From Octopus bimaculoides (lineage: Eukaryota), in NCBI RefSeq assembly GCF_001194135.2, contig NC_068993.1, positions 21,131,420-21,187,824 on the forward strand: a stretch of 56,405 nucleotides of DNA, given 5' to 3'. Below the pieces are notes generated by a model. That model was not told the origin of the DNA. It did not search any database and was given only the letters and a program-made list of their open reading frames with translations. Shown here one piece after another: positions 47,108-56,405 of the stretch. Position numbers and translations under genes: made by a program. Every line of letters begins with the position of its first letter. Positions within the stretch are counted from its first letter, which is position 1.

Positions 47108-49069
47108 CGATTACTACAAAAGCAACTCATCTCTTGTTAATTGTGTTTGAAACTTTTGCATTTGAATAATAGTTAGCATATCGTTTAAAAACCATTAAAA
47201 ACTAGTTATCTCCTGCATGTCCCATTGATAACGTTTAATACCCCATCATTAAGCCACACTTGCCAAATATCTCCACCATTATATCCCTATTATATCAGGC
47301 AGTAATTATCAGCTACACATTTCAGTCCCCACAAGCTGCAATTCACTTTATTTAGTTTCAAACTCAACATTACTAACAATTATTGTTTTATTGCTTTTAA
47401 TCATTTGACTGCAGCGTCCATCAGCAGCGACTTGATGTGTTTTAGTCTGCAAATGGTAATGATGGAAGGCAAGGTTGCCCGAGTATCATTCACATTTCAT
47501 GAAAACTTAAATATGCGGTGCCAATTCACTTGACGTACACAAATATCTTTTATTCAATGTAGCGAGCGAAGTACTTCAATAGTCACGATAATCCCTAGCC
47601 CCAACTGTATCCATTTGATGCCACGCGTAACTAACTATAAGTCAATCAATTCCCATAGTGTCCGTGTACCAATTTTATATTTAACTGGAAAGCAATTTCT
47701 GTTGATTATTAACTGAAAAATAAAACGCATTCGGAAAATATTTTAAGTCTATAAAATATCGTTGTGAAGTAGATTCTATACAATTATTCGACCTCCTAGA
47801 AATAACAACTAAATTTTTCACAAATCCTCCCTATTATCTTAAAAATGGAAGGGCACATTGCATAATGTTATCTGATCTACTCTTCATCTGAATAAAAATG
47901 GGATAATCAATACTGAAACACAGTAAATCACAGGGATGTTTAATCAGGGCTAGTAATCAACAATTAGAGATTTACTGTTATACTGTTTGAAAAAAAGTTC
48001 ATATAAGATTGCAAACAGTTACCTTTCAAATATAGTTTTATTTTTATTTTTAGTAAGCTAGCCAATATGTACATATTAGCTATACATGTCAGATAGTATA
48101 GATATAACAGGCGGAATAATTCTTGAAAGATACTGTTTGCTTGAAGAATATATAGTTAACTAGGAGTTGACTTATATAATGTAGTGAATCTTTTCCATTT
48201 GAAATTATTTACTCAACTGAAACTATACTCGTACTATAGATCATATTCATTAATGCTAATGATAGCTTTTGTCAAAAAGGCAAGGCAGATAATTCTGAAA
48301 CCCTGACTGATTAAAATAGAGGGGTTTGTGGTTAATGGTTATGCCTTAAGGAGTGGTTATGATTTCTAATAAATACAATGACAAGTTTTGGCGTGTTCCG
48401 ATCTAATTAGACCTCCACAGTGCAGCATAATCTTACCGGTACGCGCGAGATCTTAGAATAACTGCGACAATATTTTGGCATTAAGTGAGGGAGGAAAAGA
48501 ACGCATTCACTGATTGTGCAATTTAAAGTAATAACATGAGAAAACTTTCTAAGTTTGCTTTCTGCCTGAAAAAGTGTAGTTAAGTAAGGCTAATATATTG
48601 AATGAAATAAATGTATTCCTCATTACGCTTGTAATTTTAATTTATAAAAACATTCTTAACAAACTGAAGCTAGTAACGAGAAAAAAAGCAAATATAAATG
48701 TAGATTGGACAACTTTGTAAATGTCTGCAGTATAAAGGTTACACTGACGCTGAGTTTGTTAGATTTACTAGAAATTGCAACTAATTATCCCTAAAGTTAC
48801 ACTGTGCGACCATCCTGCTGTCTTGAAATAATTAAAAAAAATGTAATTTCAGATTTGGTAATGTAACTCTGGCGATATTATGTTGGAAAATATATTACGG
48901 TTGGAACTCTTTGATCTTAGATTTATCTGTTCTGTCATGAATGACCCTGGGCTAAACAACAACAGTAACCATTGTTTCAAGAGATGGACTGATCAGACGG
49001 TGAACTATAGACGCCAATATTATCATAGACAACACTTCATAAACATCTAATGCAATATTTTGTTAATGT

Positions 49070-49240
49070 TGTTTTTATTGATATCAGCGCCTTTGTAGTT
49101 GTTGTGGTCATTACTGTTGTAGTTGTCGTCGTTGTCGTCTCTGCTGTTTCTGATGTTCTTCTTGTTGTCATTGACTTTGTCGTTATTGTTGTTTTTGTCG
49201 TTGCTGTCGTCGCTGTTTTTGTTGACACCATCGTCGTGGT
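49070..49240. repeat. Degenerate GTT/GTC/GCT triplet array
   Basis: In-register triplets; source of the poly-V/T ORFs. Confidence 0.8.
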
Positions 49241-50235
49241 GTCTTCAACAACAAGCAGACCTAAGATTAAATATATTCAATTCCTTCAGTGATAATCTCG
49301 CTTTCCTTTACAGACGAAAAGTCTGCAGTTCTATATAATCCAATATATATAACTTTACTTTAAGGTGTCAGTATTTTGGTTTCTAAGGGAAATCTGTCTA
49401 CTATTTCTAGTAATTAGAGTGACCACTTAGAGATTCCTTCGTTTGATAATTTATTTTCTAAGTTGTTACTGACTGAGTCTGTAACCACAGGTTTCAACCG
49501 TGTGACCATCCTAGTTTGATTTCAGGATGGTATCCTTTCATTTAAGAAATAGCAGAGGGAAATTTGTTTGCTATTTCTAACAGTGCTAACGACCATATAG
49601 AAACATACCCATTTACTCAACCATATAAGTTGCTGTTCTTATTTACTTCCACAGAACTATAAACAGAAGCGTTCTAAACATGCCCATGAAGTCATTTTAA
49701 GAGTTTATGGGATTAAATTATGTAACTCGAGGCTAAAATGTATTTCAGCGGCGTAATTTTTCAGGCTCGCGACCGAAATCCTTGATCGCTTTTTCTTCAT
49801 CAACACCAGACCCTTAGCAGGTTTGAAATTATTTGGCATTATTTTCGTCTCCAAATAACAAAATATAAGAACCAGTACCTATTTATATTTTTCACAATGT
49901 TTTGACTTGCTATTTCTGGAGGACGGGTCAGTTCCTCTGACCTTTACAAGTCCTTCCGGATTGGTGAAGTTGATGCCGCTATTTTCGAAAAGTGTAGAAA
50001 GGCAAAAGTAGGGAGGGGAATGTAGAAGGCCTGTGATCTGGGGGAGGAAGAACTCGGTGTAGCAGTTAGTGCGGTATCTTGAGGGTGATGGGGGTGGGAG
50101 TGGATATTGAAAAAATAATGAAAATAAGGTGTGATGGGGAGGGAGGGATGAGTGGAGGACGTGCTAAACAACTCAAGTCAGAGGCACAGAGGCCATTAAT
50201 CCAGTGGCAGCGGAGAAAGAATGAGAAAGGGAAAG

Positions 50236-50271
<36 letters not shown>

Positions 50272-51082
50272 GGAAGAGNNNNNNNNNNNNNNNNNNNNNN
50301 NNNNNNNNNNNNNNNNNNNNNNNNNNNNNNNNNNNNNNNNNNNNNNNNNNNNNNNNNNNNNNNNNNNNNNNNNNNNNNNNNNNNNNNNNNNNNNNNNNNN
50401 NNNNNNNNNNNNNNNNNNNNNNNNNNNNNNNNNNNNNNNNNNNNNNNNNNNNNNNNNNNNNNNNNNNNNNNNNNNNNNNNNNNNNNNNNNNNNNNNNNNN
50501 NNNNNNNNNNNNNNNNNNNNNNNNNNNNNNNNNNNNNNNNNNNNNNNNNNNNNNNNNNNNNNNNNNNNNNNNNNNNNNNNNNNNNNNNNNNNNNNNNNNN
50601 NNNNNNNNNNNNNNNNNNNNNNNNNNNNNNNNNNNNNNNNNNNNNNNNNNNNNNNNNNNNNNNNNNNNNNNNNNNNNNNNNNNNNNNNNNNNNNNNNNAC
50701 AGGAACTCACACCGTTAACAATATATGTTACAAACACGCGTGCTTGCCTTTTAACGATGATAGGGTGTAATCTGAGTATTTCTAGTGAAGATAGCAGACA
50801 TGCAGAGATTCTGTGCTATTTTATAAGCAAATTCGAAAAACTGTATCCTGTCTTTACATGTCAACTACTCACTATACAACGTAGTTTCGGTTTTATAACA
50901 CTTGATGTTATTGTTACGAACTTTTTTGATGTTGTTTAGCTTGATCGCGCAAAATAATGACAAAAGACGTTCAAATCGTTATCAATTTTCTTCTTTTTTC
51001 TGTCACTTAACTGAAGTTACTATGATGATAATCTTTTTTTATTTTGTTAAGATTATTTCTACAGATATTCTATAGAACGTAT

Positions 51083-51471
51083 TTTTGCTACAGCGTTTCG
51101 TTTCGAGACGTCAGATACGAACAGACAATGTAATCGAAGACAATATGATTATTGAGTGTATATGCCATATATCAGGGGTTGTTGCCCTTTCTTTAACACT
51201 CATCTAACCCACTATTGCCTCCAAACACATGGCTTATATAGCTACTGCATACAGCGGTGTTAAGTTATTGGCCATACTAATTTCCATATTCGACGCTTTT
51301 CTGGGGCTGGTATGTAAACATTGAAGATTTGTAGGTACGTGATATTTCGTTATTTAGTATAGAAGGGGCAACAACTCCCGAAATAGGGAATATACACTCA
51401 TTACCTACTTTTATCTTCGATCACGTTGTCTGTTTACATCTGACGTCTCGATGCGAAATGTTGTAGCAAAA
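51083..51471. mobile_element. Foldback/MITE-like element with ~115-bp terminal inverted repeats
   Basis: 51083-51200 vs reverse complement of 51356-51471 share ggcaacaac.cc, atatacactca, tcttcgat.ac.ttgtctgtt, atctgacgtctcga and tgtagcaaaa. Confidence 0.8.
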
Positions 51472-51533
51472 CCCAGTGCTGGCTCTAAGTTCTATGGGAT
51501 ATTTGTAGAAATAACCTTAAAACAATCCTAATT

Positions 51534-51693
51534 TAGGCACATGGGCCGAAATTTTTAGGGAGGAGACCAGTCGATTAGATCGACCTCCAGTACGCAGCTG
51601 GTACTTAATTTATCGACCCCGAAAGGAAGAAAGGCAGACGAAATACCGCAAAGCATTTCGCCGGGTGTGTAACATTTTTGCCAGCTCGCCGCC
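51534..51693 (-). mobile_element. SINE family B with ~41-bp internal deletion removing the B-box region
   Basis: Joins aaaggca directly to gacgaaatacc relative to the neighbouring copies. Confidence 0.9.
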
Positions 51694-51721
51694 TTACCTT
51701 TATAAAAGTATTCTTTTCTAC

Positions 51722-51908
51722 TCTAGGCACAAGGCCAGAAATTTTTGTGGAGGGGCCAGTCGATTAGATTGATCCCAGTACACAACTGGTACTTAATTTA
51801 TCAACCCCGAAGGATGAAAGGCAAAGTCGACCTCGGCGGAATTTGAACTCAGAACGTAAAGACAGACGAAATACTGCCAAGCATTTCGACCGGCGTGCTA
51901 ACGATTCT
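51722..51908 (-). mobile_element. SINE family B
   Basis: Near-consensus copy; extreme 5' end missing where the next copy begins. Confidence 0.93.
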
Positions 51909-52164
51909 TATTTCTTTATTGCCCACAAGGGACTAAACATAGAGGGGACAAACAAGGACAGATATAGGGATTAAGTCGATTACATCGACCCCAGTGCGTA
52001 ACTGGTACTTAATTTATCGACCCCGAAAGGATGAAAGGGTTAGGGTTAGGGTTAGGATGAAAGGCAAAGTCGACCTCGGTGGAATTTGAACTCACAACGT
52101 AAGAACAGACGAAATACTGCTAAGCATTTCGCTCGGCGTGCTAACGTTTCTGCCAGCTGACCAC
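51909..52164 (-). mobile_element. SINE family B (long-tail variant) carrying a telomeric insert
   Basis: Full copy from the tail (tatttctttattgcccac) to the head (ttctgccagct). Confidence 0.93.
52037..52056 (+). repeat. Interstitial telomeric repeat GGGTTAGGGTTAGGGTTAGG
   Basis: Three-plus perfect telomeric units absent from the other family B copies in the window. Confidence 0.9.
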
Positions 52165-52399
52165 CGTAACCTTACCAAAATAATGTAAGAGCTCTGCTGA
52201 TGCAATAGAACATGGTACTGACTTATGAAAACATTTAGTATACCTTATAGTATATTGTTTGCATAATGAAGTACCACGTACCTACAAGTCTTCAATGTTA
52301 ATTTTTTATTTCGTGGTATGTTTGTGGGGCATCTGACCTATTTTTAACAGTCCAAGTGACCTCGTAGAGCTCGCAAATCAATGGCTCCCGCAAGTCGAC

Positions 52400-52531
52400 T
52401 TCTGATTTAATTGTTGTTGCACTACTACAATTGTCACTATCTCCACAAACACAATATTTGCTTCTGCTACTACTGCCACCACCACCACCACCACCACGAC
52501 CACCACCACCACCACCACCACGACCACCACC

Positions 52532-52564
<33 letters not shown>

Positions 52565-52620
52565 GTTGCTGCTGCTGCTACTGCCGCTGCTACTACTGCT
52601 GCTGCTGCATTGTTCTTTTT
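52400..52620. repeat. Compound triplet array (TAC/CAC/GAC/TGC) with 24-bp higher-order unit
   Basis: (CAC)7GAC repeated twice, then (CAC)n, (TAC)n, (TGC)n; explains the poly-H/P/L/Y ORFs. Confidence 0.92.
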
Positions 52621-52915
52621 GTTGTTTCGAATTTTTGACGATATCAAATTAGGTGACTAGTTCTATTGAGTTCAAATCCGACAGCGGTTTATTTTCCCTC
52701 TCATGTCCCTCGAGGTCTATAAATTAAATGCAATATGTTGCAATTAATTTAATGATATATTTTTTTAAATACTACAACTGTCGACTTACAGTTAAATAAA
52801 AATCATCATTATTATTATTGTTGTTGTTGTTAATGCCATAGTTGCCGTCGTTATTGTTGTTGTTGCTGTTGTTGTTATTAATACAATAGCTGTTGCTATT
52901 GGTGTTGTTGTTCAA

Positions 52916-53140
52916 GGCTGCGAACTGGCAATATCGTTACCTCGTCGGACAAACAACAGAGTGGCATTTAATCCGTATTTACGCTCTGAGTTGTTCAAAT
53001 TCCGCCAAGGTTGACTTTGCTTCCCCAACCTTTCAGGGGAGAGAGACGATAAAATAAGTACCAGTTGAGCACTGGGGTCCATGTAATCAACTAGCCCCTT
53101 CCTTTGAACTTGCTGGTCTTGTGCCAAAATTTGAAACCAA
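52916..53140 (+). mobile_element. SINE family B, diverged
   Basis: gcgaactggcaatatcgtta...gttcaaattccgccaaggttgactttgc...aagtaccagttgagcactggggtc...cttgtgccaaaatttgaaacc. Confidence 0.88.
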
Positions 53141-54080
53141 TATTGGTGTTGCTGTTATTGGTGTGGTTCTTTATTATTGTCGATACTTGTTTCTGCCGAT
53201 GCAGCCTTCCCGTTATTGCTGTGGTGTAGTTTCTTTTCATGCTGTTAAAACTGTTAGTGCTATTTTTGTTGTTTGTATTATCCCCTTTTTATTGTTATTC
53301 TAGTTGTTGTTATCGTTCTTCATGCTTTTGTTAATGCTGTGGTGATTATTTTATTTCCTTTATATTATCGCTGGGCTGTTGCTAATGATGTAGAAGCTGT
53401 TACTGGAGCTGTTGTGGTAATTACTGTTCTTGTTGTTGTTGCTGTTGTTTCTACAATTGATGGTGCTGTAGGTTTCAGCCATTTATCTTGATTGTATCAG
53501 CGTTGTTTTTGGTTTTGCTGCTGCTGCTACTACTGTTGTCGTCGTCGTTGTTGTTGTTGTTGTACAGCTTGGCCATTAATATATTCACTGTCCGAAGAAT
53601 ACATCGTCGCTTACAATGCAAATTCTCTATTTTGACGAACATGTATCGTGTGCCATGTTTTGCTGATGCCTAGTTAGCGAGTGTGTTGAAGTTGATATTT
53701 GATAAGAGTGAATATTCTCACAGGATGTATAATCTTCTCTCGTTACAACGAGCCACAAGTCCTCCGAGTGACACAATAAACATACCCAGCAAACCTGTTC
53801 CATTGCTTAGCACGCACATATGCAAATTACTCATTCTCAACCAACACAACCATATATTTCTCTAGCACTGTAGATCATTCTCTTGTTCCGAGACACAGAA
53901 CACAAAGTTTCACTGTTCAACGTTTGCTTTTACATTCATTAGCACACACATAGACACATACAGACACACAAAATACAAAATACACAGGAATACAAATGCA
54001 CATGTGCACTTATAAACTTACTTTCAATGCACACAAGCTAATAAATAAATCGGCGTGACACGTCATTTTTCGGAAAATTA

Positions 54081-54220
<140 letters not shown>

Positions 54221-54299
54221 CATATGCACATAATCATGTATGACTGTATGCATGTGTAATACGTGTGTGAAATTATGTGCGATGGTTGTATACAAATCC

Positions 54300-54339
<40 letters not shown>

Positions 54340-54523
54340 GTTTCTTTCCCTCTCTCTCACTCTCTCTCTCTCTCACTCTCTCTCTCTCTCACTCTCTCTC
54401 TCTCACTCTCTCTCTCACTCTCTCTCTGTCACNNNNNNNNNNNNNNNNNNNNNNNNNNNNNNNNNNNNNNNNNNNNNNNNNNNNNNNNNNNNNNNNNNNN
54501 NNNNNNNNNNNNNNNNNNNNNNN

Positions 54524-54567
<44 letters not shown>

Positions 54568-54966
54568 AGTATATATGCTTCTCTATGTAGATATATACAT
54601 AGATATTTGCACACTGTGATACAAGCACTCACACATATCCAATTACTATAGAAAAGAGCACTTTGGACAATGTGGAATTGGGTACCCTGCACATAAGCAA
54701 ACAACGTGATGCTCATAGCTGGAATTAATTTTACTATAGATGTGTTTAATCAGGTTGACCTGGGCTAAACTAAAACACTATCATAATTGTATTTAACGTG
54801 TACACATACACTCATATACACGACCATACACACATGCACAAATGCTTATATGATCACAGACACACATGCGCACATATATATGTACATACAAATATATATC
54901 TATATGTATACACGCACACACACATATATATATCTATATGTATACACGCACACACACACATATATA

Positions 54967-55480
54967 TAGGCTGTCCCAGAAGTCACTGGCAGGTTTCAAT
55001 TTTTAATAATTTCGTTACCTTTACAAATAAATGCTTCAAAGTTTGACACAATATAAAGGACATAATGGAAATTAAAATGCACAAGTCAAATTTTGCAACA
55101 CCACTACATCACATATGAAAAATGACATCGCTTAAATGGCAGCCATTTTCGGCTTCGCACGCCCGTGCTCTTTCCAAAACTTGCACCATTACACCCTCAA
55201 GAGTTTCAGACCTCACTTGTCTCATTGATGTTCTACTTCAGTTGCACCAGGGCCTCCGGTTTGTTGACGTAAATCCTCTCTTTCAGGTATCCCCACAAGA
55301 AAAATTCCTCGCTAGTCAAGTCTGGGGAACATGAAGGCCATTCAAAGTAGACATTACACATGGTTTCAGCAAGAGAAACAATGCAATTGCTACGGCAGTG
55401 CTTTCGAGAGAGAATAATTTCCCGCTACGGCAGTGTCAACTGGCCTTCAGAAGATATGAAAATTATACATCATTATAAAA
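54967..55480 (-). mobile_element. IS630-Tc1-mariner remnant (C-terminus plus 3' TIR) with internal 100-bp inversion
   Basis: WPSCSPDLTSEEFFLWGYLKERIYVNKP...VLERARACEAENGCHLSDVIFHM* (stop 55109-55111); TIR-like taggctgtcccagaagtc next to a TA run; WFQQ...ETMQLLRQCFRERIISRYGSVN lies on the opposite strand at 55341-55440. Confidence 0.88.
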
Positions 55481-55599
55481 GCTTAGTGTCTTCTTTTTGT
55501 TTCAGACTAAATAAAAGTAGATTTATAGATTAGATAATGACTATAGGCACCATACACAAACGAGGCGGAAGCAATACAAAAAACATTAAAATTAACCAA

Positions 55600-56337
55600 A
55601 TAATAGTCTGGAAAATTGTCAAGTAATTTCAAGAGACTGGTTCCATCGCTGATTGACCTGGGGCCTTCCGGTTGCCCATTATTTTCCTGATTTCCTTCAC
55701 TTCTCTAACCGAAATGACTAGTTTTGCCTGTTGTCAATTCTTGCAACCATTCAGCATCCTTCTTGTGCTCCTTGTCTTTGATCCAGATGTCACTCCAAAC
55801 CTTTGACTTTCTATGTTATTTGGTATCAACTTTTCATCTGTACACTCACCATTTATTTCCTTGTAGAACCTCTTCTGATCTACTCTGAATAATCTATTCT
55901 GGTGGTAACCCTTCATTCTTTGGTCGTATATTACCATCTTTGCTTCTTTGCAACGAGGCATTGTTTCAGTTCCTCTATTACTACTTTCAGGCGCTTTCTT
56001 TCAATATCATAATTCCTGTTCAGCTGTTCAGTGCCCTGTGTTTTCGATCGCTTTTAAGCCCCGCTTCTCTTTTCTGTCTAGCACAGAAATGTCCTTCGAG
56101 AGCATATCTAACTCTGCCTGGATTCTTCTTTTCCACCATGCATCTTTTCTTTTGTCACTCCCATTATGTTTCTTTTCCTTGACGTCAAAACCCACATTTT
56201 CTACTACAACAATACTTGCTGCCTTGATCAAATTATTTGTTTCTGTGATGTTTTTTGTTTTCATGTATTTCAGAATTTCATTCACATTTTTCATTTCTTG
56301 GTTCAATTTCCACCGACCAACCTTTTTAAGGTTGCAA

Positions 56338-56340
<3 letters not shown>
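55600..56340 (-). mobile_element. Second R4/Dong-type element, 5'-truncated fragment
   Basis: KTKNITETNNLIKAAS...WWKRRIQAELDMLSKDISVL; YDQRMKGYHQNRLFRVDQKRFYKEING; ends near the N.KA.G motif. Homologous at protein level to 14800-15500. Confidence 0.85.

Positions 56341-56405
<65 letters not shown>
56339..56405. repeat. (TTA)n microsatellite
   Basis: Perfect array to window end, directly abutting the R4/Dong fragment. Confidence 0.98.

Noticed and set aside
50082-50160. G-rich tract as a G-quadruplex
   Set aside because: Two groups of three G-runs separated by a long loop; no compact four-tract motif.

Overview
Repeat-saturated, AT-rich eukaryotic DNA from a gapped short-read scaffold; most N-runs are flanked by microsatellites. 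The tRNA-headed SINE families look like those I recall from Octopus genomes, so the organism call is inferred, not searched. I cannot support any intact protein-coding gene, tRNA, rRNA or CRISPR array. The long ORFs in the track are gap (X) or microsatellite artefacts, or pieces of decayed retroelements. Supported content: two R4/Dong-type non-LTR retrotransposon remnants (a ~3.4 kb copy at 13150-16560 and a 5'-truncated copy abutting (TAA)n at the window end), three RTE-clade LINE 3' fragments, two Tc1/mariner transposase remnants, several MITE/foldback elements, about 20 SINE copies from four families (my labels A-D), and many simple repeats. Most notable observations: (1) seven minimal type-I hammerhead-ribozyme-like motifs with palindromic stem III, the Penelope/retrozyme type. 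One sits in a ~190 bp (TA)n-flanked element present twice, and one in a pLTR-like inverted-repeat structure. (2) A (TTAGGG)n insertion with an 11-bp duplication inside a SINE. (3) An exact 100-bp micro-inversion between 9-bp inverted repeats inside a Tc1/mariner remnant. A few weak exon candidates are listed at low confidence only.
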